Assembly: GCA_963790295.1 (NCBI GenBank) | Contig: CAWBOE010000009.1 | Location: 15,810 to 79,809 of the forward strand | Direction of reading: 5' to 3' | Length of the DNA: 64,000 bases | Source: an uncultured Actinomycetota bacterium | GTDB taxonomy: Bacteria > Actinomycetota > Actinomycetes > Propionibacteriales > Nocardioidaceae | Part shown: piece by piece, positions 22,188-31,399 of the stretch | How positions within the stretch are numbered: position 1 is the first letter of the stretch | Layout: each line of letters opens with the position of its first letter | The notes under the pieces: generated by a model | What the model was told of the DNA's origin: nothing | Seen by the model: the letters and a program-made list of their open reading frames with translations, nothing else | Database searches by the model: none | Made by a program: the position numbers and the translations under genes

Positions 22188-22647
22188 TCAACCCGCCCCG
22201 AGCTCGTCGGTCGACGACGCGGACCGCAGCAGGTCGAGGTCGACGAACCGCTGGAACATCGTCCACGCGGCGTCGCCGTCGTGGGCGACCGGCTCGAACG
22301 ACGCCGTGTCGGGGTCGTCGGGCAGTGAGAGCAGCGCGACCGTGACCCGCGGCGTGGTGAGCCCGTCGTGCAGCGCCGCGGCCAGGACCTCGCCGACGCG
22401 GCGTTCGACAGGGTCGGCACTCAGCGCCCGGTCAGCGGCGTCCTCGCTCGGTCAGCGACACCGAGGCGACGACCTCGCGGATGCGTGGCGCCAGTCCCTG
22501 CACCTGACGTCCGGAGTAGAACCCCAGCCGCGCGGCGTCGCGGAAGCGGCGCTTCTCCGGGCCGACCCAGGCACCGTTGGCGAGGTAGAACGGCCACGCG
22601 CCTGCCCCGGCGACCACGCACACGCGCTCACTCGTTGCCGGAGCCAT
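22188..22647 (-). CDS. Hypothetical protein of about 152 aa (1-nt indel near 22447)
   Basis: RBS GGGAGG before ATG 22647; MAPATSERVCVVAGAGAWPFY...GFYSGRQVQGLAPRI joins ...LSLPDDPDT...AWTMFQRFVDLDLLRSA; stop lies 12 nt before the SAS start. Confidence 0.7.
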
Positions 22648-22740
22648 CCACCCACCTCCCGGCGCTCACCGTAGTGCTCTCGACGCCCGGGCTCTATCGT
22701 GCGAGGGGCCAGTTCGTCACCGTGTCGTGAGAGGCCCCGG

Positions 22741-24150
22741 ATGACTCGATCGCGCCTGTCCGCCCTGCTCGTCGCCCTCCTGCTGAGTGCAGGCGCGCTG
22801 GCCGCGGTCCCGGGGCCTGCGGCTGGGTCATCGGCTGGGTCATCGGCTGCGTCATCGGCTGGGTCCTCGGGTGCATCGGCCGCCCCGGAATGCCGGTGGG
22901 GTGCGCGCGGCCTGGTCGAGAACCGCTGGCTCGGCGGCGCCGGCAGCTGGTCGGATGTCACGAAGTGGTCGCGCGGCGTCGTGCCCGGCATCGCCGCCCG
23001 CGACTACGCCTGCATCCCCCAGGGCTCCGACGTCGTGGTCGACACGCAGACGCTGCGCGTCGACCTCGACGTGCTCGAGCTCGGCCTGGGGTCGCGGCTC
23101 ACCCTGCAGCCCGGCACGGCGATGTACGTCTGGGGCGACCAGGACGCCGTTCGCTCGATCACCAAACGTGACTCCGTCCTCGAGGTCGACGGCGCGACCC
23201 TGGGCGGCGGCGGCCGGCTGCACGTGATCGGCACCCTGAGCGTCCACCGGTCGTCCAGCGGCGCTCCCGCCACCTTGACCACCCACCCCGAGTCGTCGGC
23301 GTACTCCGGGCCGCCCGGGATCCTGGAGATCGGGGACGAGGGAACTCTTGACCTACGCGGCAGCGGCAGCGTCCGGCTTGCCACGCAGTACATCGTCGAC
23401 GTCCACGGCCGGGCGCGCCTGCGCGGCGACGCGGGACTGGTGGCCGACCACGGCACCACGTTCCTGCTCCAGAAGCACTACTTCGGCGGAGGCGTCGGAC
23501 GGCTGGTCCTGCTCAACGACCACGGTTTCGCCGAGGGCGACGCCGCCGGCGTCAAGGAGCTGGCGACGTTCGTGAATCGCGGCCGCATCGTCAAGCGCGA
23601 GTCGACGGGCACCAGCCGCATCGAGGCCCTGTATGTCGAGCGCGACGGCGAGGTCAGGAAGGTGTCGGGAGAGATCGAGCTGCCGCCGCCGCTGCCGCTG
23701 GAGCCGCCGGCGACCGACACGTGCGGCGACCCGGCGTCCTGCAACCCCCTGCAGAGCGCCTCGCTGCGGCCGCCCGACGCCGACGTCGACGGCATCGAGG
23801 ACCTGTTCGTCGAGCCGCTCGACGGCGAGAGCGTGACGGGCGCGATCGGGGTCCCGATGAAGGTGCACGCCCTGGGGCTCGATGCGAGCATCGCCGACCC
23901 GGCGGTCATCCGGCTGCGCTACGACCTGCAGCTTTTCGACCTGGCTGGCATCCCGCCCAACGCGACCGAGCTCGTGGTCGGCCACGCCGACGGTCCTGAC
24001 GAGAAGTACGTCGACATCCCGTGCCTGTGCCGGCAGGGGCCTGCCGCTGGGCGCCACGGCCTGCCTCGACGTCCGCGCGAGCACAAGGACGGTGGCGATC
24101 TCGTGCTGGTGGTGCGCACGACCGACACGAGCCGCTGGATCGTCAGGTAG
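22741..24150 (+). CDS. Secreted hypothetical protein, beta-rich
   Basis: Signal peptide MTRSRLSALLVALLLSAGALAA; WLGGAGSWSDVTKWSRGVVP motif; Cys pairs; probable indels near 24025-24080. Confidence 0.65.
   Translation: MTRSRLSALLVALLLSAGALAAVPGPAAGSSAGSSAASSAGSSGASAAPECRWGARGLVENRWLGGAGSWSDVTKWSRGVVPGIAARDYACIPQGSDVVVDTQTLRVDLDVLELGLGSRLTLQPGTAMYVWGDQDAVRSITKRDSVLEVDGATLGGGGRLHVIGTLSVHRSSSGAPATLTTHPESSAYSGPPGILEIGDEGTLDLRGSGSVRLATQYIVDVHGRARLRGDAGLVADHGTTFLLQKHYFGGGVGRLVLLNDHGFAEGDAAGVKELATFVNRGRIVKRESTGTSRIEALYVERDGEVRKVSGEIELPPPLPLEPPATDTCGDPASCNPLQSASLRPPDADVDGIEDLFVEPLDGESVTGAIGVPMKVHALGLDASIADPAVIRLRYDLQLFDLAGIPPNATELVVGHADGPDEKYVDIPCLCRQGPAAGRHGLPRRPREHKDGGDLVLVVRTTDTSRWIVR
22821..22868 (+). 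repeat. 4 x 12-bp tandem repeat encoding an AGSS linker
   Basis: GGCTGGGTCATC x2, GGCTGCGTCATC, GGCTGGGTCCTC. Confidence 0.85.
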
Positions 24151-24179
24151 TCCCGGACGCAGGGCGGCGCGCGGCCAGA

Positions 24180-24837
24180 TCAGTGCGTGAACCAGCGCCC
24201 GAGCAGGGTGCCGTCCTCCTCGACGAGCGAGTGCAGCCGGAGGTGGACGTCGACGGGCGGGCCGTCGGTGATCCGCGGGTGGGTGCCGGCGACCAGGCGC
24301 GGCACGAAGGTGCAGTCGACCTCGTCGGCGACGCCCTGGTCGAGCAGGTCGCGGAGCAGATGGGGGCCGCCCTCGCACAGGATGTCCTCGAAGCCGCGGT
24401 CGACCAGTGACTGCTTGAGCGCCGCGAGGTCGACGCGGTGCGAGCCGAGCACGAGCACGTTGTCGGCGCCGAGCAGGTCGCGCGCGGAGTCGAGGCCGGC
24501 GGCCACGCCGACGGTCGCGAGCAGCACCTGGCCCGGCTCGGCCTTGCGCATCGTCTCGGGCACGCTGCCGCTGCGCGAGACCACGACCGTCGGGACGGCG
24601 AGCGGGCGGGTAGCCCTCGGTGCGGGCCGTGCCGGCCCCGACGACGACACAGTCGGCGAGCTCGCGCAGGAGGTGGAAGACCTGCTGGTCGGGGTCGTTG
24701 TTGATCGAGGAGGTCAGACCGGACTCGCCGGTCGCGGCTCCGTCGATGGTGGAGACCATGTTGACGCGCAGCCACGGCGTCTGCGGGGCGGCGTACACCT
24801 CCCGGAGGTCGCCGTCGGGTCCGAGCAGGGTCCTCAT
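24180..24837 (-). CDS. RibD C-terminal / dihydrofolate reductase-like protein (indel near 24610)
   Basis: WLRVNMVSTIDGAA, VVVGAGTARTEGY and ILCEGGPHLL. Confidence 0.85.
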
Positions 24838-24941
24838 GTCGTGGGGATGCCTTCCGCGCTGGTCATCGGTCTGGGCCGCCGCGCCCACCTTCCTCGTCGG
24901 TATCGGTTCGGGCGCCTGGTCGTCCCCATAAGATCACGCGC

Positions 24942-25830
24942 ATGCCTTTGTCCCTGCGGCGGAGGCGGTTCTTGCGCCGACTGGCCGGCTACGCCACGAA
25001 CCCCGCCGCGCGCCGGGCCCGCGTCCTGATGCACCGCGAGCAGCACCATGTCGTGGCCGGCCTGCCGCTGGTGCTGCCCCCGACCACGACCTGCCCTTCT
25101 ACCAGCGCCGCGACCCGACGTACGACGCGTACGCCGAGCTGATCGTCGCCGAGCTCGCGGCGGCCGTGGAGCGGATGCTGGTGATCGACCTCGGTGCCAA
25201 CGTCGGCGACACCGCCGTCGCCTGCCTCGGTGCCGCCCCCAACGTCGACGTGATCGCCGTCGAGGGCCTGCCGGCCTTCGCGACGTACCTGCGCCGCAAC
25301 ACCGCGGCGTACGGCGACCGGTGCCGCGTCGTCGAGTCGTTCGTCGGCCCGGTGGCCGGCGTGACCGACCGCGGGTTCATCACCACGGGCTCCTCGACCG
25401 GGCGCTTCGCCAACAAGGTGGAGAAGGGTGAGGCCGTCGACGACTTCGTGACGCCCGAGGAGCTGCTCGCCGGGACGGACGGCTACGACCAGGTGACCTG
25501 GAAGAGCGACATCGACGGGCTCGACATCCATGTGCTGGTCCAGCACTGGGACGCCATCGACAGCGGCTGCGACACGCTGTGGTTCGAGTTCGACCCGCCC
25601 TCGACACTCGGTGACCGTGACGACATCGGGCGGCTGATCGACCTGCTCGCGGACAGCGGGCGCACCGTCGAGGCCTACGACAACCTGGGCCGCCGCATCG
25701 TCACCCTGGAGCCGGGTCGCGCGGTCGGCACCGGGCTGAGGTCGCTCGAGGGGTGGCTCAACGTGCAGCGCTGGGGCCACATCACCGTGCCCTACCTGGA
25801 CCTGTGGGCGTTCTCGCCCGGACTCCCAGC
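24942..25830 (+). CDS. FkbM-like SAM-dependent methyltransferase (indel near 25080; 3' end unresolved)
   Basis: VIDLGANVGD SAM-binding motif, VIAVEG, WKSDIDGLD and LWFEF. Confidence 0.7.
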
Positions 25831-26308
25831 GCATCACCCAGTAGGCCACGCCGTAGGGGTCCCCGGCGTAGTCGACACCGGCCGTGCGCATCCCTCGCAG
25901 CAGGTCGCCCAGCCGCGCCAGCCCGGCCGGGTTGCCGACGAGCAGCTCGCCGGCGAGCGGGACGTCCAGCAGGGACAGCCCCTCCGGGTCGGGTGCCCGG
26001 AGGGCGGCCTCGACCTCGGTGTCGAACGGCACCGCGCGCTCGTCGACGTAGCCCGGGGCCGCGTCGTTGCGGCGGGCGCTGCCGTTGGCGACGACGAGGT
26101 ACGCCGGGCCGTCGCCCTGCTGTGCGCCGGCCAGGAGCTGCCTCCCGACGCGGGCACCCTGCTCGTCGGCGACGACCGTGACGGCCCCCGCCTCCGCCAC
26201 CCAGGCCGCCGCGGCCAGCGACGCGGCCCGGACCTCGGCCACGGGGTCCTCCTGGCCGGCGTACTCGGGCAGGAAGGCCAGCACGCCCGGCACCAGCGCG
26301 ACCCTCAC
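25815..26308 (-). CDS. Conserved actinobacterial hypothetical protein (LigB-like fold fragment; 3' end unresolved)
   Basis: GTGA overlap with folP; ALVPGVLAFLPEY, VVANGSARRNDAAPGY and DPYGVAYWV. Confidence 0.6.
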
Positions 26309-27171
26309 TGGCCAGTCGCCCTGATGGCACGAAGCGGGGGTCTGCGACCAGCGATGGACCAGACCATGTCGACTGTCTCGCGGGTCTCGCGGACCTGGTG
26401 GACGCGGTAGATGCGCGCGCCGGCCAGCGCGCAGACCGAGGTCGCGGCAAGGGTTCCGGTCAGCCGCTCGCGGGTCTGCGCGCCGAGGGTCTCGCCGACG
26501 AAGTCCTTGTTGGACAGTGACACCAGCACCGGCCAGCCCGTGTCCACCATCTCGCCCAGGCGGCGGGTCACCTCGAGGGAGTGGAAGGTGTTCTTCCCGA
26601 AGTCGTGCGCGGGGTCGATGACGATCGACCCGCGCGCCACGCCCGCGGCCAGTGCTCGTTCGGCCAGCGCGGTCGTCTCGGCGATCGCGGCCGCGACCAC
26701 GTCGTCGTACTCGACGCGGTAGGGATCGGTCCGCGGCGGCAGCCCGCCGGTGTGCGTGCACACCACGGCCGCGTCGAACTCCGCCGCCACCTCGACCAGC
26801 CGCGGGTCGTGCCCGCCCCAGGCGTCGTTGAGCAGGTCGGCCCCCGCCGCGCAGACCTCCCGCGCCACCTCCGAGCGCCAGGTGTCCACGCTGATCACCA
26901 CGCCGGGGTGGGTCTCGCGTACCCACGCCACGAACGGCACCACCCGCCGGATCTCCTCCGCAGCGTCGACCACCTCGCCGTATCCCGCGCGGACGCCGCC
27001 GACGTCGACGATCTCGGCGCCTTCGTCAACGACCTGGTGGACGCGCTCCTGCGCCGGCCCGTCGTCGTACGTCGCCCCGCGGTCGTAGAACGAGTCGCGC
27101 GTGCGGTTGACGATCGCCATCATCAGCGTCGCGTCCGGCCCGAACCGGTGACGGCCCAACCGCAGCTCCAT
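26305..27171 (-). CDS. folP: Dihydropteroate synthase (FolP2-type)
   Basis: MAIVNRTRDSFYD, ISVDTWR, IDPAHDFGK, SLSNKDFVGE and RVHQV. Confidence 0.9.
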   Translation of the reverse strand: MELRLGRHRFGPDATLMMAIVNRTRDSFYDRGATYDDGPAQERVHQVVDEGAEIVDVGGVRAGYGEVVDAAEEIRRVVPFVAWVRETHPGVVISVDTWRSEVAREVCAAGADLLNDAWGGHDPRLVEVAAEFDAAVVCTHTGGLPPRTDPYRVEYDDVVAAAIAETTALAERALAAGVARGSIVIDPAHDFGKNTFHSLEVTRRLGEMVDTGWPVLVSLSNKDFVGETLGAQTRERLTGTLAATSVCALAGARIYRVHQVRETRETVDMVWSIAGRRPPLRAIRATGQ

Positions 27172-27264
27172 GCCGCCCAATCTTGCAGCACAGCCTGCCA
27201 GGCGCCGCGGGCATGACGAAGGCGAGGGACCAACCCCTCGCCACTATCAACGTATAACGCACCA

Positions 27265-27285
27265 GGGGTCTTGCGGCAAGACCCC
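27265..27285. promoter_or_regulatory. Rifamycin-associated element (RAE)
   Basis: Palindrome GGGGTCTTGC-G-GCAAGACCCC upstream of helR, just downstream of a -10-like TATAAC (27253-27258). Confidence 0.88.
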
Positions 27286-27341
27286 CGTCGTGCCGCAGAA
27301 TCGCCGACCCTGGCCACCCTCGGCGGACTGGAGAGCAACAG

Positions 27342-29504
27342 GTGACCTCACTGGCAAGCACGGCGTTCGACCTTCCCGACCACCTCGCCCCCAAGGCCGA
27401 TCCGGCGTTGGTCGCGGGGGACGAGCAACACTTCGCGGCGATCGCCGAGAGCCTCGAGCAGACGATCGCGGACCTGTCCGGCCGCCTCGACGAGGAGCGC
27501 CAGGCGCCAGCAGGGACGGGCCAGGAGGCGATGGACCGCGACTTCGAGGTCCACCGGCTGACTGCCCGCCTGCGTGCCCTGCGGCGGTTCACGTTGGACC
27601 TGTGCCTGGGCCGCATCGTCGCCGAGGGCGCCTCCGAGCCGGTCTACATCGGACGGCTCGGGCTCACCGACAAGACCGGGCGCCGGTTGCTCGTCGACTG
27701 GCGCTCCCCCGCAGCCGAGCCGTTCTTCGGGGCGACGCACGCCAACCCGATGGGACTGAGGAGCCGCCGTAGGTACCGCTGGACCCGTGGCCGGATCAGC
27801 GACTACTGGGACGAGGTGTTCACGCCCGACGGGTTCGAGGGGCACGCCGCACTCGACGACCAGTCGGCGTTCATCGCCAGCCTGGGCAGCAGCCGGTCGC
27901 CCCGGATGCGCGACGTGCTGAGCACCATCCAGGCCGACCAGGACGCCATCATCCGGGCTGGGTCTCGCGGCGCGCTCGTCGTCGACGGTGGTCCGGGCAC
28001 GGGCAAGACCGTCGTCGCCCTGCACCGCACGGCCTACCTCCTGTACGCCGACCCGAGGCTCGGGCACCGGCGGGGCGGCGTGCTCTTCGTCGGCCCGCAC
28101 CAGCCCTACCTCGCGTACGTCGCCGACGTACTTCCCAGCCTCGGCGAGGAGGGCGTGCAGACCTGCACCGTGCGGGACCTCGTCGCCGAGGGAACCGATG
28201 CCGTGCCCGAGGCCGACCCCGACGTGGCGCGCCTGAAGTCGTCAGTGGACATGGTGAAGGCGATCGAGCCGGCGGTCCGGTTGTACGAGGAGCCGCCCGG
28301 CGAGGGCACGGACGTCGAGACCCCGTGGGGCGACGTCTGGCTCTCCGCCGACGAGTGGGCCGAGGCGTTCGAGTCGCCCGACCCGGGTACGCCGCACAAC
28401 GACGCCCGCGACCAGATCTGGGAGGTGCTGGTCGCCATCCTCGCCGACAAGCTGGACGACGAGGACGTCTCGCCCGACGAGCTCAGCCGCGCGATGGCGC
28501 GGAACGAGGAGCTGGTGACGACGCTCGGCAAGACCTGGCCACTGCTGGAGGCGGCCGACGTGGTCGGCGACCTGTGGGCGGTCCCGGCGTACCTGCGCCT
28601 GTGCGCGCCGTGGCTCACGCCCGACGAGGCCGGCTTGCTCAAGCGCCGCGAGCCGCAGGCATGGACGGTCTCCGACCTGCCGCTCCTGGACGCCGCACGG
28701 CAGCGGCTCGGTGACCCGGAGGCGTCCCGTCGCAGGCGTCGGCGCGAGGCCGTCCTGGCCGCCGAACAGGAGCAGATGTCCCAGGTCGTCGACCAGCTGG
28801 TCGCGACCGACGACTCGGAGATGCAGGTGATGTCGATGCTTCGCGTCGACGACATGCGCGACAAGCTGGTGAACGACGAAGCCCTGCCCAGCGTCGACCC
28901 GGACCTGCTCGCCGGCCCGTTCGCCCACGTCGTGGTGGACGAGGCGCAGGAGCTCACCGACGCCGAGTGGCAGATGCTGATGCTCCGATGCCCGTCCCGC
29001 AGCTTCACGATCGTCGGCGACCGCGCGCAGGCCCGGCACGGGTTCGCGGAGTCGTGGCACGAGCGGCTCGAGCGGGTCGGGCTGGAGAACGTCGACCTGG
29101 CGTCGCTGACCATCAACTACCGGACGCCCGAGGAGGTGATGGCTGAGGCCGAGCCCGTCATCCGGACGGCGTTGCCGGACGCCAGCGTGCCCACCTCCGT
29201 CCGCAGCAGCGGCCTCCCCGTCGTACACGGGTCCGCCTCGGACCTCCAGTCGGTCCTGGACACCTGGCTCGCCGCGAACGCCGAAGGCGTCGCCTGCGTG
29301 ATCGGGCTGCCTGCCTACCTCCCTGCCTTCGAGGGCGGGCCCCGGGTCCGGTCCCTCACCCCGGAGCTCGCGAAGGGCCTCGAGTTCGACCTGGTCGTGC
29401 TCGTCGACCCGGAGTCCTTCGGCGAGGGCATCGAGGGAGCGGTCGACCGCTACGTGGCGATGACCCGCGCGACCCAGCGGCTGGTCGTCCTCATCAACCG
29501 CTGA
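27342..29504 (+). CDS. helR: HelR RNA polymerase recycling / rifamycin-protection SF1 helicase-like ATPase
   Basis: FDLPDHLAPKADPALV N-terminus; DWRSPAAEPFF, GGPGTGKT, VVDEAQE, KGLEFD and YVAMTRATQ; RAE upstream. Confidence 0.92.
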   Translation: MTSLASTAFDLPDHLAPKADPALVAGDEQHFAAIAESLEQTIADLSGRLDEERQAPAGTGQEAMDRDFEVHRLTARLRALRRFTLDLCLGRIVAEGASEPVYIGRLGLTDKTGRRLLVDWRSPAAEPFFGATHANPMGLRSRRRYRWTRGRISDYWDEVFTPDGFEGHAALDDQSAFIASLGSSRSPRMRDVLSTIQADQDAIIRAGSRGALVVDGGPGTGKTVVALHRTAYLLYADPRLGHRRGGVLFVGPHQPYLAYVADVLPSLGEEGVQTCTVRDLVAEGTDAVPEADPDVARLKSSVDMVKAIEPAVRLYEEPPGEGTDVETPWGDVWLSADEWAEAFESPDPGTPHNDARDQIWEVLVAILADKLDDEDVSPDELSRAMARNEELVTTLGKTWPLLEAADVVGDLWAVPAYLRLCAPWLTPDEAGLLKRREPQAWTVSDLPLLDAARQRLGDPEASRRRRRREAVLAAEQEQMSQVVDQLVATDDSEMQVMSMLRVDDMRDKLVNDEALPSVDPDLLAGPFAHVVVDEAQELTDAEWQMLMLRCPSRSFTIVGDRAQARHGFAESWHERLERVGLENVDLASLTINYRTPEEVMAEAEPVIRTALPDASVPTSVRSSGLPVVHGSASDLQSVLDTWLAANAEGVACVIGLPAYLPAFEGGPRVRSLTPELAKGLEFDLVVLVDPESFGEGIEGAVDRYVAMTRATQRLVVLINR

Positions 29505-29799
29505 CGTCGTCGCTCCGTATGGTCGTCGGTGGGCGTTCGCCCATCCCGGTTGGGCGGGCTTCCAGCTGCCGTCTGGGCGAGCGAGACCTGGTCTGGGCGA
29601 GCGACGTCCCGCTCGTTCGTTGGTTGAGAGTGCCGTCAGGCCCGTCACGAAACCCTTCCTCGGAATCCCGGGCGGACAAGGGCTTCTGAGCCGGTCGGGT
29701 GGTTGCCAGGGCATGGCCGTGGCGCGGACGGCCCAATGCGCTCTGACCCGGACCAACCCCTTCCTCAGGGCGGTCGGGGCTGAGGAGCACGGGAGGACA

Positions 29800-30138
29800 A
29801 TGGCTCAAGCCGTCCAGGGACTCCAGAAGGGCGTGATGAAGATGCCGGACATTTGGACAGAGCATCCAGAGATCGTGCGAGATCTCCTTGAGGAGGCCGG
29901 CTTCACCTGCGGGGTCGAGCCCAGGATCTTGGAAGGCCGGGACCCGGACTGGACCTGCATCATCGACGGGCAGCGCATCGGAGGTGACATCTACATCCAC
30001 CAGGCCGACACGGTCCTGGGCGTCAGCATGGGGGCGGTGGCGCTCGCTCTGCTCGGTGCGCTGGTAGCAGTCCTGCTCGTGGTTCTCTGGCAGACCCGGC
30101 TGATCATCAGCCTGAAGCGACAGGCTCGTGGTTCATGA
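29800..30138 (+). CDS. Small orphan protein with C-terminal TM anchor
   Basis: RBS GGGAGG before ATG 29800; two Cys; hydrophobic tail followed by basic residues. Confidence 0.55.
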   Translation: MAQAVQGLQKGVMKMPDIWTEHPEIVRDLLEEAGFTCGVEPRILEGRDPDWTCIIDGQRIGGDIYIHQADTVLGVSMGAVALALLGALVAVLLVVLWQTRLIISLKRQARGS

Positions 30139-30216
30139 GTACGTCAGGGGCCGGGAGAGCCAGTGGAGCACCGCGACCGCCGCCCGAGGCTGGCGCGAGC
30201 GCCGTTCGAATCTGAA

Positions 30217-30253
30217 CGGAAGATCCCCAGCACCAGGTGCTGGGGATCTTCCG
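30217..30253. terminator. Perfect 18-bp inverted repeat (likely terminator)
   Basis: CGGAAGATCCCCAGCACC-A-GGTGCTGGGGATCTTCCG followed by ATTTCT. Confidence 0.75.
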
Positions 30254-30414
30254 ATTTCTCACCCATCGCGTGCACTCGGCCGCACTGGCGCGGCTGATCC
30301 TGACGTTGTAGGTGTTGATGGCCGCGCTTCCCTACAGCTGACGGCTCGGCTGACCTCTTGACCCGTCCCCGTGGAGGGTGACCGGCCGGTGGGGTGATCT
30401 GAGATCCTGCCGCG

Positions 30415-31374
30415 ATGGGCGAGCGAACAGGGAGCGCGGTGGCGTGGTTGCTCGCGGCGGAGGAGCCCGCGGTGCGACACCTGGCTCGCCGCGACCTGCT
30501 GGGCGAAGACTCAGCGCCGAAACGGGCAACCATCATGTCGGGGCCCTGGGTGTCGGCTTTGCTCACCGGGCAACAGGCCGACGGCGGATTCGGAGGCGAT
30601 CCCTACCGCAAGTGGACCGGCGCACACTGGCGGTTGGTCTCACTGGCGGAGCTTGCCGTGCCGGCGACCGACCCGCGGGTCGCAGCCGCTGCTGAGCATG
30701 TCCTGGCCTGGATCGTCGACGACCTGAGGTACCCGCCACGCGTCGTCGACGGGCTGCCGCGCTCGCACGCCAGCGTGCAGGGCAACGCGCTCGGCGCGTG
30801 TGCGCGGCTCGGACTCGCCGGGGATCAGCGCACCGAACGCCTGGCCGAAGCGATCATCTCCTGGCAGTGGCCGGACGGCGGCTGGAACTGCGACAACCGG
30901 GCCGACGGTCACCGCTCGTCGTTCCACGAGTCGTTGCGCACCGCCTGGGGTCTGCTGGCGTACGCCGCGGCCACCGGTCACACAGGTGCCCGCGAAGCCG
31001 CAGACCGGGCCGTTGAGCTGTTCCTGCAGCATCGCGTGTTCCGCAGTGGCGGGACGGGCGAGCCGATCAACGCCCGCTGGCTGTCGATGCCCTACCCGTC
31101 GTACTGGCACTACGACGTGCTGTCGGCACTGCTCGTCATCGCACAAGCGGGCAGGTGCACCGACCGCCGAGCCTCCGATGCCCTGGACCTCCTCGAGAAG
31201 AAGCGTCGACCGGACGGCAGGTGGAACGCGCAGGCACAGTGGTGGCGCGCGAGGAACAGCATGACCACTCCCGAGGTGGTCGACTGGGGCCGCGCCGGCG
31301 AGCCCAACCTCATGGTGACCCTCAACGCGCTGCGGGTGCTGACCGCGGCCGGCCGGATCTCCGTCAGCCACTGA
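30415..31374 (+). CDS. Prenyltransferase/squalene-cyclase-repeat (QW) protein of unknown function
   Basis: QQADGGFG, QWPDGGWNC, SSFHES, YWHYDVL and KRRPDGRW. Confidence 0.75.
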   Translation: MGERTGSAVAWLLAAEEPAVRHLARRDLLGEDSAPKRATIMSGPWVSALLTGQQADGGFGGDPYRKWTGAHWRLVSLAELAVPATDPRVAAAAEHVLAWIVDDLRYPPRVVDGLPRSHASVQGNALGACARLGLAGDQRTERLAEAIISWQWPDGGWNCDNRADGHRSSFHESLRTAWGLLAYAAATGHTGAREAADRAVELFLQHRVFRSGGTGEPINARWLSMPYPSYWHYDVLSALLVIAQAGRCTDRRASDALDLLEKKRRPDGRWNAQAQWWRARNSMTTPEVVDWGRAGEPNLMVTLNALRVLTAAGRISVSH

Positions 31375-31399
31375 CACGATCCCGCCACGAAAGCACCCC

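Noticed and set aside
22821-22868. Short tandem repeats as a possible CRISPR array
   Set aside because: 12-bp contiguous in-frame coding repeats with no spacers and no cas genes.
29800-30138. Small ORF as the RiPP precursor for the kinase-PqqD protein
   Set aside because: It has no lasso leader motif (YxxP, penultimate Thr), has a TM tail, and is separated from the kinase by unrelated genes.
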